Source: Candidatus Omnitrophota bacterium (GTDB lineage Bacteria > Omnitrophota > Gorgyraeia > Duberdicusellales > 4484-171). Taken from it: a stretch of 64,000 nucleotides of DNA. The stretch covers positions 54,155 through 118,154 of the forward strand of contig JAAEQW010000341.1 of the NCBI GenBank assembly GCA_024231025.1. The letters run 5' to 3'. The position numbers and the translations under genes were made by a program. Shown in pieces: positions 25,301 to 35,007 of this stretch; position 1 is the first letter of the stretch; each line of letters begins with the position of its first letter. The notes beneath the pieces are model-generated. The model was not told the DNA's origin. It saw only the letters and a program-made list of their open reading frames with translations, and made no database searches.

Positions 25301-26971
25301 TTAATCGTCTGTGTGGAGCTGGCCGCCAAAAGCATCTAGGATATTATTTATAAAATCATCAGGGCTGCCTGAAGCTTGCACACCACCATCAACTTTCACC
25401 TCTTCTTCATCATCCTGCAACTGAAGGTTAAAATCAACTGGCGCGATATCTTCCAAAGCAAATTTGATTTTTACATCTCTGCCTAAAAATTCAGTAATAA
25501 AATTCTCTACAAAGCTGCGATTTTTCTCTTTCTCGACAATCTCCTTATGAAAATAATCTTTTTCACCAAAAGCAACCTTAACAAAATTTCCCTGCGATGA
25601 AAAAGGCTGAGCGAATGAAAGGTGTGAGGCAATTGCTGCCCTTATCTTATGCATTTGAGAAAGAATGCTCTCCCACTTAGTCTTAATCTCAGGCAGTATT
25701 GAATTATCTTCTTTGGCCAGCGGTTTATCAATTGTTCTCACGTCAACTGCGGCTGCCTCTTCTAAATCAAGATTATCCAGCTCTAGCTCAAACTCATCGC
25801 CTAATTCAACGCTTAACCTTTCCTCGCTAATTTCAGGTTTTACTTTTGGTTTAGCTGGCTTAACCGGCATTACCATGTCCTCGCTAGGTATCGCAAATTT
25901 TATAAAAGCAAGCTCTAAAGGGACTCTCACGGTATTGAGCCTGCGAGAAAGTTCTTTTGCTTCAATAAGTAAATCAATTACTTTTAGAATTTCGGCAATG
26001 GTAATGTTTCTTGATGTTTTAAGAAAAAACTCTTTACTATTTGGTGAAACTTCTACTAGATTGTTAAAGTTTTTTTCGCTGATTTTCGCAAGAAGCAGAT
26101 TGCGCAAGCTTTCAATTAAACCGTTAAAGAACACTCCTAAATCTTTTCCATCTTTAATTAAGTTATCGATAAAACCTAACAAAAATGATAGATCTCTATT
26201 AACCAAAGCTTCAACTGCCTGATTAAGACTTACTTCGTTCATGATCCCCAAAAAACCAAGAAGATCATCAACTGCCGCCTTCTGGGCAACAACCGGTGCA
26301 ATCTGATCAAGAAGCGACTCAGCATCACGAATGCTTCCTGCCGCCGCACGGGCAACAACGTATATTAAATTTTCATCTACCTTTAAGTTCTCAACTTTAA
26401 TTATCTTGTGCAATTTCTCAACTATCTTTTCAATCGTAAGTAAACTAAATTGAAATTTCTGACAGCGAGAAAGAATTGTTGGAATAATTTTTTGAGGATG
26501 AGTAGTCGCAAAGATAAACTTTACATGCTCAGGCGGCTCCTCCAACGTTTTAAGTAACGCATTGAAAGCCTCTTGAGTGAGCATGTGTACTTCATCAATA
26601 ATATATATTTTATAGTGGGCGTGTGCCGGTGAAAGCTTTGCTGCCTCTCTTAATGCGCGTATTTCATCAATCCCACGGTTTGAAGCACCATCAATCTCAA
26701 TAACATCTAAAGACACTCCTTTAGTGATATCCACACAGCTAACGCATTGACCACACGGTTTGGTTGTTGGTCCTTTATCGCAATTAAGTGATTTAGCTAA
26801 AATCCTGGCTAAAGATGTTTTACCCACCCCTCTGGGGCCGGTAAAAAGATAGGCATGGTGCACGCGCTTACTCTCAATGGCCTTTTTAAGCGTAGCTACC
26901 ACGTTTTCCTGACCTATAACTTCATCAAAAATCTGGGGCCGATATTGTAGTGCAAAAGCTTTATAACTCAT
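25301..26971 (-). CDS. dnaX: DNA polymerase III subunit gamma/tau
   Basis: AAA+ Walker A GPRGVGKTS, zinc module CDKGPTTKPCGQCVSC, sensor motifs; 556 aa. Confidence 0.9.
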   Translation of the reverse strand: MSYKAFALQYRPQIFDEVIGQENVVATLKKAIESKRVHHAYLFTGPRGVGKTSLARILAKSLNCDKGPTTKPCGQCVSCVDITKGVSLDVIEIDGASNRGIDEIRALREAAKLSPAHAHYKIYIIDEVHMLTQEAFNALLKTLEEPPEHVKFIFATTHPQKIIPTILSRCQKFQFSLLTIEKIVEKLHKIIKVENLKVDENLIYVVARAAAGSIRDAESLLDQIAPVVAQKAAVDDLLGFLGIMNEVSLNQAVEALVNRDLSFLLGFIDNLIKDGKDLGVFFNGLIESLRNLLLAKISEKNFNNLVEVSPNSKEFFLKTSRNITIAEILKVIDLLIEAKELSRRLNTVRVPLELAFIKFAIPSEDMVMPVKPAKPKVKPEISEERLSVELGDEFELELDNLDLEEAAAVDVRTIDKPLAKEDNSILPEIKTKWESILSQMHKIRAAIASHLSFAQPFSSQGNFVKVAFGEKDYFHKEIVEKEKNRSFVENFITEFLGRDVKIKFALEDIAPVDFNLQLQDDEEEVKVDGGVQASGSPDDFINNILDAFGGQLHTDD

Positions 26972-27002
26972 AAGGAATTGTTAGTATAATCCTATATTGC
27001 TT

Positions 27003-28634
27003 TTAAGTCAAATTATTTGAGTTGCGGGCATTTTCAACCATATATTGAACAATTTCAAGCTCATCGACATCAAACCAAGTAGCATGACAACGCGAGCAAG
27101 TATCAACTTCCACATGATAAGCGAAAGTATAAAAATGACGCACCATCACCTCGCCGCATTTAGGGCATAGCAGCTCGTGTTTCATTCTAACCGATGAAGC
27201 ATGAAGCTTCTTTCCTGCCTCTTGAATTAATTTAGCCTTACGAATAACTTCCTGCGGAAACCCTTGCTCCTCTCTGGTAACGATACGGGCCATCTTATCA
27301 TCGCTAACAAACATTCCATGACAAATAGTGCATTGTAAGGTTGGAACTCCTTCATATAAAACCTTACTTAAAGATTGCGCACAGCGCGGACAAGTATTAG
27401 TGCCAGTGGGCGCCTTTTGCTTTAGCTTATCAACTAAATTTTTATCATCCGATAAAAGCATGGTTTTGTCCGTTCCTTCCGGCCTTATAAAACTATCAAA
27501 ACGAAGGGTCCCCATCGTTAGCATTTCATGTATCGGAAATGGTCCACTCCATTTTCCCCCATCAGCCACAAACCACTTAGGCTCTCGCACTTTCGCAACT
27601 CTTATGTCAGTATAACGCTTCCTTTTGGTCCCTTCATTTTTTTTCAAAGCAGAAAAATCACTATGACCCATATCTAAAAGAGTGCCAATGCGACGCATCA
27701 CTGGCGGATGGGTTGAAAACATATTTGAAAGTGCACCTTCTTCTTCGTCTAATTTACTAAAATTTGGATTAATAATAAAAAGGCTCTCTAAAGAATCATA
27801 GCCCATACCACCAGCCCGCCACCCGATGCTTATTCTGCGCAGAGCTTGCGCCAAGCTTAAAGGGTCACGCACAAGCCTTGTTGCAACCGCATCAGCGCGA
27901 TACTCACATTGACGTGAAATAAACATGCCGATCAGTTTGCTCACCGAATAAAGAGCTGATGCAACCCCATAGAGCACTGCCATATAAATTATTGCTCCCC
28001 CGCGACTACCTCGACCAGCGCCTCGCATACCCTTTGCAAGAGCGTACCGAATAGATCCATAAATACTGAACAAAGAAACAGCAACTGTTTTAATTAACGT
28101 ATCTTGGGTTACGATATGTGCCGCTTCATGCGCTATAACCGCTTCGAGTTGCGCTCTAGTTAAGCGGGACAAAAGCCCTTCAGTTACACCAATAACAGAA
28201 TTACCTGAAAAATCAGCAATTGAAAAGGCATTCATTCCGTAAACCGGAATAACAACGCAGCCAATTTGCCGGCCCCCCGTTGCAACACTTACTTCGTCTA
28301 TAACATTACGCAAAATTTTATGGTATTTATCTTCTTTGTCGATATTCTGAGCTTTAAGTGTTTTAATTATTCGCGGTAAGTTTGCGTGCGTTGAATAAAA
28401 CCAATGGAACATTCCCACAACAAGCGAAATACTGAAAATATAAAATAAAACTTTAGGGGAAAGAGTAAAAAGCTGTACGGTGCTTACAGCTTTTTTTATC
28501 CGCAAAAGAACCATTCCCCTGGCAACAATAGTTAAAATCCACGCACTAAAAAAATAGAATAAAACCAGAAAGATAAACAAAAAGAAGATTTGTTTGGTTT
28601 TACGTTCTTCAATATCGATAAATGAGAAAGACAT
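27003..28634 (-). CDS. M48-family (HtpX-like) zinc metalloprotease with C-terminal zinc-ribbon domains
   Basis: HEAAHIV (HExxH) after N-terminal TM helices; C-terminal CxxC...CxxC pairs (CPRCAQ...CTICHG; CPKCGE...CSRCHA). Confidence 0.75.
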   Translation of the reverse strand: MSFSFIDIEERKTKQIFFLFIFLVLFYFFSAWILTIVARGMVLLRIKKAVSTVQLFTLSPKVLFYIFSISLVVGMFHWFYSTHANLPRIIKTLKAQNIDKEDKYHKILRNVIDEVSVATGGRQIGCVVIPVYGMNAFSIADFSGNSVIGVTEGLLSRLTRAQLEAVIAHEAAHIVTQDTLIKTVAVSLFSIYGSIRYALAKGMRGAGRGSRGGAIIYMAVLYGVASALYSVSKLIGMFISRQCEYRADAVATRLVRDPLSLAQALRRISIGWRAGGMGYDSLESLFIINPNFSKLDEEEGALSNMFSTHPPVMRRIGTLLDMGHSDFSALKKNEGTKRKRYTDIRVAKVREPKWFVADGGKWSGPFPIHEMLTMGTLRFDSFIRPEGTDKTMLLSDDKNLVDKLKQKAPTGTNTCPRCAQSLSKVLYEGVPTLQCTICHGMFVSDDKMARIVTREEQGFPQEVIRKAKLIQEAGKKLHASSVRMKHELLCPKCGEVMVRHFYTFAYHVEVDTCSRCHATWFDVDELEIVQYMVENARNSNNLT

Positions 28635-28649
28635 TATTTAAACCTTCGG

Positions 28650-28795
28650 TTTAAAGACTATAGACCACAGACCATAGACAGCAGACTATATTTTATTTGG
28701 TAAAGAGCCCTTGGTCGATCCGGTCCCGCCTTTGGCGGGAGGTCTTTTGTCTTTGGTCTTTTGTCTTTGGTCTTTGATTCCCTGTCTTTGGTTTT
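28650..28795. terminator. long imperfect inverted repeat (GACCACAGACCATAGACAGCAGAC ... GTCTTTTGTCTTTGGTCTTTG) enclosing the hairpin GGTCCCGCC-tttg-GCGGGAGG; probable terminator of lemA
   Basis: Read directly; lies between the lemA stop and the M48 protease start. Confidence 0.45.
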
Positions 28796-29343
28796 TAAAA
28801 CTGCACTTTAGGAGCTTCTTTTTGAGACTGGTCCTCTATTTCGAAAAACTCACCCTTCGTAAAATTAAACGTGCCTGCAATAATATTTGAAGGAAATACT
28901 TCAATCTGGGTATTGAAACGCATATTTTCGTCGTTATAGTGTTGACGGGCAAAAGATATCTTATTTTCAGTAGTTGTGAGCTCCTCTTGCAAAGAAAGCA
29001 TTTGAGAATCTGCCTTAAGATTAGGATAACTTTCAACAACTGCAAATAAAGATTTTAACGTACCTGATAAAAAGTTCTCTGCTTCGCCCTTGCCCTTAAC
29101 GCCTTGGGCGGATTGCGCCATATTTCTTGCTTGAATAACCTTCTCTAAGGTCTCTCGTTCATGAGTCATATAGCCTTTGGCAACTTCAACCAGGTTTGGT
29201 ATCAAATCATGACGACGTTTTAGTTGCACATCAATTTGTGCCCAAGCATTTTTTACCCTCTGGCGAAGACCAATTAACTTATTATAGATCCCAATCGGTA
29301 TAGCAAGCAAACACACCAAAATAATAATAAATAATATACCCAT
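28795..29343 (-). CDS. lemA: LemA-family membrane protein
   Basis: N-terminal TM plus the conserved KNAWAQIDVQLKRRHDLIPNLVE LemA signature. Confidence 0.8.
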   Translation of the reverse strand: MGILFIIILVCLLAIPIGIYNKLIGLRQRVKNAWAQIDVQLKRRHDLIPNLVEVAKGYMTHERETLEKVIQARNMAQSAQGVKGKGEAENFLSGTLKSLFAVVESYPNLKADSQMLSLQEELTTTENKISFARQHYNDENMRFNTQIEVFPSNIIAGTFNFTKGEFFEIEDQSQKEAPKVQF

Positions 29344-29426
29344 TACTACCTCCCTTCATATAGTCATAAGCAATAAGGCTCAAAATACAAAAAATTTTAC
29401 GACTCAAAACCTATATCTTATGACTC

Positions 29427-30386
29427 TTACTTAAACAAAATAATCAAAAATATCAAATACCCTAAAAAGAAAATGGCCCCTTCGCGTCGGCCTATTCCGT
29501 GTCTTGTTTTCATAAACACAAAAGCAACTACGCTAAAAAGCAATAGCACCAGAAGCTCAAAACGCAAAATTGATGCATCAATGTGAATCGGCCTTATGCA
29601 GGCTACCACTCCTAAAACCAAAAGAATATTAAAAATGTTGCTGCCAACAACATTACCCACACTTATACTGCTCATCTTTTTTTGTGCGGCAACAAGAGAA
29701 GCTGCCAATTCCGGCAAAGATGTACCTATGGCAAAAACAGTAATACCAATAACCCATGGGCTTACGCCAAAATATTTTGCAAGATTCGCCCCACCGCGCA
29801 CCATTAGGTCTGCACCTAAAACTACCCCCAACAATGAAAGGAAAGAAATAAAAAACGCCACCCTAATGGTATTAGACTTTTTGAAAATGGCTCTAAATTC
29901 AAACCCTTCGATTTCAGAAGGATCAAAAAATTCCTTAGCACCTTTGTAAGATGTAATTAAAAATGCAAAGAAACAAGCAAGAAGAATTAGTCCATCGCTG
30001 CGGCTCAGCACTAAATCAAAACTTAATACAAAAAGCAACAACACGGCCGCGATCATAATTGGCAATTCACGCCGAAGGGCATCTTTGTTCACTTTTAGCG
30101 GACTAATCAAAGCGCACACACCAAGGATTAGTCCAATATTTGCAATGTTACTGCCAATAATATTACCCAACGCAATACCCTCACGATTGTGTATTGCTGC
30201 CATAATACCAACACCGCCTTCCGGCGCACTCGTACCGAAAGCCACAATAACTAAACCGATAAATAGTGGTGATAATTTAAGAAGGTAGGAAAGCCTTACC
30301 GAACTTTGAATAAACCAATCGGAGCTATAAATAAGAACAAGCAGCCCCGTACCGAAAATAATAGCATTTATGATTAACGGACTCAT
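29427..30386 (-). CDS. Ca2+/cation antiporter (CaCA, YrbG-like)
   Basis: Two alpha-repeat motifs GNIIGSNIANIGLILG and GNVVGSNIFNILLVLG; ~10 TM segments. Confidence 0.8.
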   Translation of the reverse strand: MSPLIINAIIFGTGLLVLIYSSDWFIQSSVRLSYLLKLSPLFIGLVIVAFGTSAPEGGVGIMAAIHNREGIALGNIIGSNIANIGLILGVCALISPLKVNKDALRRELPIMIAAVLLLFVLSFDLVLSRSDGLILLACFFAFLITSYKGAKEFFDPSEIEGFEFRAIFKKSNTIRVAFFISFLSLLGVVLGADLMVRGGANLAKYFGVSPWVIGITVFAIGTSLPELAASLVAAQKKMSSISVGNVVGSNIFNILLVLGVVACIRPIHIDASILRFELLVLLLFSVVAFVFMKTRHGIGRREGAIFFLGYLIFLIILFK

Positions 30387-30959
30387 TTAACTCCATGTAC
30401 AGGCAAGCTCAAAATAACCTGTACCATCAGCTAAAGATTTAACAAGTTTAACATCTGGATTTTTACCGCCAGTAAGCTCTAGGGCCACCTTGCAAAAACT
30501 AAACGTAGCAACCTCAATAAGCCGATGTTGTTTTTCAAAACCACAAAATCTAAGCATAATGTTTTTGTGCCCAAGATTGGTAACGGCAACCTCACCGAAA
30601 CTGAAATACTTTTCAAACATCGAAGCGGCACGCTTAATTATAAACTCCGGACTACCCAACTTAATGAATATACTGTAAACACCTCTGAGTTCTTTTTTAG
30701 TGCAATCTGCAGAAAGACGCATAAGTATCGACTCATCGCCACTACCTAGCTCCGACACTATTGCCGCTAAAAGGTGCATGTAAGTGTCAAATGATACCCA
30801 GGTAGTAACTGGTATAAACTTGGAACTCAGTATTCTTTGGTCTTCTTCGCTTACGGCATTTAAAATCTTACTGAAACCCGCATCACCGAAATTTTCTTTT
30901 ACCCAACCTATTGATAGATTAATTCTTACTGCTTTTATTTGCATATTACTTCTCCACAA
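30387..30959 (-). CDS. hypothetical protein (190 aa) co-transcribed with a response regulator; possible sensory/ligand-binding partner
   Basis: ORF with 14-nt overlap with the upstream response-regulator gene; no motif recognised. Confidence 0.45.
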   Translation of the reverse strand: MWRSNMQIKAVRINLSIGWVKENFGDAGFSKILNAVSEEDQRILSSKFIPVTTWVSFDTYMHLLAAIVSELGSGDESILMRLSADCTKKELRGVYSIFIKLGSPEFIIKRAASMFEKYFSFGEVAVTNLGHKNIMLRFCGFEKQHRLIEVATFSFCKVALELTGGKNPDVKLVKSLADGTGYFELACTWS

Positions 30960-31335
30960 ATAATCCCTTAGCTGTCAAAATTGCCTTAGCTTTAGAAAGA
31001 AACACCTCCATGTTCAAGGGCTTCGGGATGTAATCTACTGCGCCAACTTCTTTTGCCTCTTTCGACACAAAACCAGAATCGTAAGCAGTTACAATTATCG
31101 TATCCGGAAGCTCCTTTGTTTTCTTAACTCTTCTCATCACATCCAACCCATTACATTGCGGCATTTTCAAATCCATTATAACTAAATCAAAGTCATTGTT
31201 TCTAATTGCGTCTATGGCCTGGCGCCCATCTTGAGCAGTTTCAATATCAGCAAAGAATTTTCGCTCTAAACTACCTTTGAAATATGCCAACACCTCTTGC
31301 TCATCCTCAACTATAAGTATCTTTGCCTTATCCAT
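30946..31335 (-). CDS. stand-alone response regulator receiver (CheY-like)
   Basis: KILIVEDE ... DLVIMDLKMP ... the conserved D, D, K positions of a REC domain; 129 aa. Confidence 0.8.
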   Translation of the reverse strand: MDKAKILIVEDEQEVLAYFKGSLERKFFADIETAQDGRQAIDAIRNNDFDLVIMDLKMPQCNGLDVMRRVKKTKELPDTIIVTAYDSGFVSKEAKEVGAVDYIPKPLNMEVFLSKAKAILTAKGLFVEK

Positions 31336-31405
31336 TCTTCCTCCCGGAATTTAATTCTTATCATGGTACCATTTTATCCCCTAAAATGGTGTTTTCAAGA
31401 TAATT

Positions 31406-31840
31406 TCAATTTTCCTCATTTTTAAAATGCACCAATGGGCCGTCTCCTCCGTTTAACCTCATCGTCATAGATTGATCAATCCAAAAAACTCTTCTATCAA
31501 AAGTTGAGAGCGCATATATCTGAAAACCATTATCTGTTAAGCGATAATCATAAAAATAAGTTTCGCTAATGAAATCACTGGATTGTTGTACGATATCTAA
31601 AATTTTTGGAAACTCATCGCATTCTTTTTGAAATTTATTGCACAACACTGCTAAAATTTGAACTTGTGCAACCGCAAGGCTCTCTTCTGTGTCCATATCC
31701 ACTTCGTTAATATATGTGATATGTGCATCCTGCGCCAAGATATTGATGGAAATAAAGAACGCCGCAATGAGAACACTGATTTTTTTCATACTACAATCAT
31801 ATCGCCGAATAGTCTGCTTTACAATAGGAAAGTACCGCAT
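31406..31840 (-). CDS. hypothetical secreted protein (likely start MKKISVLIAAFF)
   Basis: Signal peptide KKISVLIAAFFISINILAQD. Confidence 0.45.
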   Translation of the reverse strand: MRYFPIVKQTIRRYDCSMKKISVLIAAFFISINILAQDAHITYINEVDMDTEESLAVAQVQILAVLCNKFQKECDEFPKILDIVQQSSDFISETYFYDYRLTDNGFQIYALSTFDRRVFWIDQSMTMRLNGGDGPLVHFKNEEN

Positions 31841-31932
31841 CAGAAAGATTCTGCCTGGCTAGATTAAGACAACTTACTATTACACTTGCCATTTTTACCC
31901 GATATGATAGCATATGATGGAATAAATAAGAT

Positions 31933-33339
31933 ATGAATATTCTAATTATCGGCGCCGGAACCGTTGGCTTTAGTTTAGCCCAACGGCTACTGCGCTTAAA
32001 TCACCACATTACCGTTATTGAGCAAAAAGAGTCCCTGTGTGATGAAATCAGCGCTAAGCTTGATGTATTCACGATAACCGGACATGGTGCCGATCCGTCA
32101 CTGCTCATAAAAGCTGACATTGCAACGATGGATATGGTAATTGCAGTAACTCCCAGCGATGAGATTAATCTACTTGTTTGCAATTTTGCCATGCAGAATA
32201 ACGTGCCTAGAAGAATCGCCCGAATCAAATCAGACATTTATACCGCCAATAGCTCCTGTATTGATTTAAATAAACTGGGCGTAACAAGTGTTATTGAACC
32301 AGAAAAAGAAGTTGTTGAGAAAATTCTCCAATACATAGAGTTACCAGGAGTAACTGAGGTTGCTAATTTTCAGTCAAACAACATTCTACTGCGAGGATAT
32401 CGAGTCACCAAAGACATGCCGATTGTTAATAAAACTTTACTCCAAATAAAAAACATGGTAGAAACCTCCCCAATGCTAATTGTTGCTATTGTCCGTAATG
32501 GAATGAGCCTCCATCCCCATGGAAACCAAAAACTTCTCATCGACGATGAGATCATTGCAATCATGCCTCGAGAATCATTTAAGTCTTTCTGTAATCTTGT
32601 TAATAAAAAAATTACCAAACTAAAAAAAATCATAGTTTCCGGCGATTCCTTAACTGCCATTCACCTTATTGAAGCATTAAGACCGCTAACCGATAGAATT
32701 TTGCTTGTTGACCCCGACATAGAACACGGTCACTTTGCTGCATCACGCCTTAATAAAATTGACATCCTTCACGGAGACTGCACTGATGCTAATGTCTTAC
32801 AAGAAATCGGCATTGAACATGCCGATTGCTTTATTGCTGCCGGCGAAGACTTCGAAGATAATATCATGTCTTGCTTGCTAGCAAAGAATGCCGGAGCAAG
32901 CATGGTAATCGCTATTCGAAACGACGATAAATACATTAAACTGTTTAGCACCTTAGGTATCGACCACATAGTAAACCCTCAAGACATTACATCAAATATG
33001 ATTGTCGAAAAAATTCAAATGGTACATATTGGTTCTTACTTAAAATTGAAAACAGCAGATATTGAAGTGCAACGTCTAAAGGCAGGCAAAATGTGTCCGA
33101 TAGCCGGAAAAGCGCTCAACACTCTTGATAAATTCATTAAAAAATCGATTATTATCGGGGCTATCGTCAGAGGAAACCAGATAATTATACCTTGGGGTCA
33201 AACAATAATCGAAGAAAACGATGAAGTAATAGTGCTTTGCAAAAAAGAGCAAATCGATTGGGTTATAAAATGGTTTGCTCCTAACCTAGGTGCCAAAATC
33301 GCATCAAAAGTAGAAAAATTCACAAAAAATAATCAGTGA
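31933..33339 (+). CDS. trkA: Trk potassium uptake protein TrkA (two RCK/NAD-binding modules)
   Basis: MNILIIGAGTVGFSLA Rossmann motif, repeated at IIVSGDSLTAIHL; 468 aa; 4-nt overlap with trkH. Confidence 0.85.
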   Translation: MNILIIGAGTVGFSLAQRLLRLNHHITVIEQKESLCDEISAKLDVFTITGHGADPSLLIKADIATMDMVIAVTPSDEINLLVCNFAMQNNVPRRIARIKSDIYTANSSCIDLNKLGVTSVIEPEKEVVEKILQYIELPGVTEVANFQSNNILLRGYRVTKDMPIVNKTLLQIKNMVETSPMLIVAIVRNGMSLHPHGNQKLLIDDEIIAIMPRESFKSFCNLVNKKITKLKKIIVSGDSLTAIHLIEALRPLTDRILLVDPDIEHGHFAASRLNKIDILHGDCTDANVLQEIGIEHADCFIAAGEDFEDNIMSCLLAKNAGASMVIAIRNDDKYIKLFSTLGIDHIVNPQDITSNMIVEKIQMVHIGSYLKLKTADIEVQRLKAGKMCPIAGKALNTLDKFIKKSIIIGAIVRGNQIIIPWGQTIIEENDEVIVLCKKEQIDWVIKWFAPNLGAKIASKVEKFTKNNQ

Positions 33340-34940
33340 ACAAAAAATTCATTATATTTTCGGTTGGCAAACTTTTAGAGATTCTTGCCTTTATTCTTAT
33401 AATTCCAGCTGCTATTACACTTTTTGAAATTAAGCAGAAGCACTTGCTTGTTGCCATTTTAGACTATCGGCTGGTTGGTTTTATTATCGCAATAATAAGT
33501 TCGTTCGTCACCGGAAACATTTTAAAGACATTTGGCAGTAGCGAATTAAGCGATTCCGGCATAAAAGAAGGTTTTGCGATCGTCACCTTTAGTTGGCTTT
33601 CTTTAACCTTTTTTGGGGCCATACCGCTGATGTCATATTTTCTTCATCAATCCGCAAACATATCAATAATTACTTTTCTTAGCGCTTTTACAGATTCTTA
33701 CTTTGAGATAATGAGCGGTTTTACAACAACCGGAGCCACAGTAATAAGTAATGTCGAAATTTTGCCTTCGGGAATACTTTTTTGGCGAAGCCTTACTCAT
33801 TGGCTTGGCGGCATGGGTATAATCACACTGGCCTTGGCAATATTGCCCGCCTTTGGAATTGCAAGCTATCAAATGTTTAAGGGTGAAGTTCCCGGCCCTA
33901 CTGCCGAACGGCTTAAGCCCCGCCTGGCCCAGACAGCAAAGATTCTCTGGAGCACTTATGCAATGTTAACCTTGCTTGAGGTAATTTTCCTACGAATCGG
34001 CGGTATGACAACGTTTGATGCTCTCTGTCATTCTTTCGGCACTATGGCCACCGGAGGATTCTCTACAAAAAATGCATCAATTGCCGCATACAACAGCCCC
34101 TTTATAGAATGGGTAATTATAGTTTTTATGTTTTTAGCCGGAATGAATTTTATTATCCACTATCGGATACTATTCTTTCGTAAGTTTGATATTTTACAAA
34201 ATAATCGTGAATTTCATTTTTATTTCTTTATTATCCTAATTGCAATTTTAGCCAGCGTAACAGTTCTTGCCGTTAAAGGAGTAAATTCAAAAAGCCAAAT
34301 TGCCCAAAGCTTTCGAAATCAACCATTAACCGAAAAAGCTATTGATAAAAAAATTACAAATGAAGATGCGAGAATCGAGTCTTTCTCTGATAAACTACGC
34401 CACAGCGCCTTTGCGGTAGTTTCAATCACCACCACTACCGGATATTGTTCGGCTGATTCTGACGTTTGGCCGAATTTTATCCGTTATTTACTAGTTATTC
34501 TGATGTTCTTTGGAGGATGCGCGGGATCAACCGGAGGCGGAATAAAAATGATTAGAATCATGGTAATTATTAAATCTGCTTTCCGTGAGATAAAAGCACT
34601 TATTCAGCCTCGCATAGTTTTACCTCTGAAAATTGCCAAAAAAACTTTAGCAGAAAAACAAGTACAAAATATTCTAGGGTTTACTATGCTTTTTTTGGCT
34701 TTTTTTACAGTCTGTTCACTTGCAATGAGTCTATTTATTGAAGATTTTACCACTTCTTTCACTTCCGTGGCCGCAACGATGTGTAATATTGGACCTGGTT
34801 TATCAGGCATTGGCGCAACAGAAAATTATGCGTGGATACCTTTAGGCGGCAAATGGATTCTTGTTCTTTGTATGCTTTTAGGCCGGCTCGAGATCTACAC
34901 TGTCTTAATCGCTTTCGCTCCTATCTCCTGGAAAAAATAA
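33336..34940 (+). CDS. trkH: Trk/Ktr potassium transporter membrane subunit TrkH
   Basis: Multiple TM helices, selectivity-filter-like TTTGAT / GGMGIITLAL / TTTGYCS / GSTGGGIK motifs. Confidence 0.85.
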   Translation: MNKKFIIFSVGKLLEILAFILIIPAAITLFEIKQKHLLVAILDYRLVGFIIAIISSFVTGNILKTFGSSELSDSGIKEGFAIVTFSWLSLTFFGAIPLMSYFLHQSANISIITFLSAFTDSYFEIMSGFTTTGATVISNVEILPSGILFWRSLTHWLGGMGIITLALAILPAFGIASYQMFKGEVPGPTAERLKPRLAQTAKILWSTYAMLTLLEVIFLRIGGMTTFDALCHSFGTMATGGFSTKNASIAAYNSPFIEWVIIVFMFLAGMNFIIHYRILFFRKFDILQNNREFHFYFFIILIAILASVTVLAVKGVNSKSQIAQSFRNQPLTEKAIDKKITNEDARIESFSDKLRHSAFAVVSITTTTGYCSADSDVWPNFIRYLLVILMFFGGCAGSTGGGIKMIRIMVIIKSAFREIKALIQPRIVLPLKIAKKTLAEKQVQNILGFTMLFLAFFTVCSLAMSLFIEDFTTSFTSVAATMCNIGPGLSGIGATENYAWIPLGGKWILVLCMLLGRLEIYTVLIAFAPISWKK

Positions 34941-35007
34941 TACAAAAACATCAAAAAAAGGGGAGGCATTTCTGTCTCCCCTCTTATAAACATAGTTGAA
35001 CTAGTGA

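Noticed and set aside
25665-26222. 185-aa plus-strand ORF
   Set aside because: Antisense to dnaX, Ser/Leu-rich artefact
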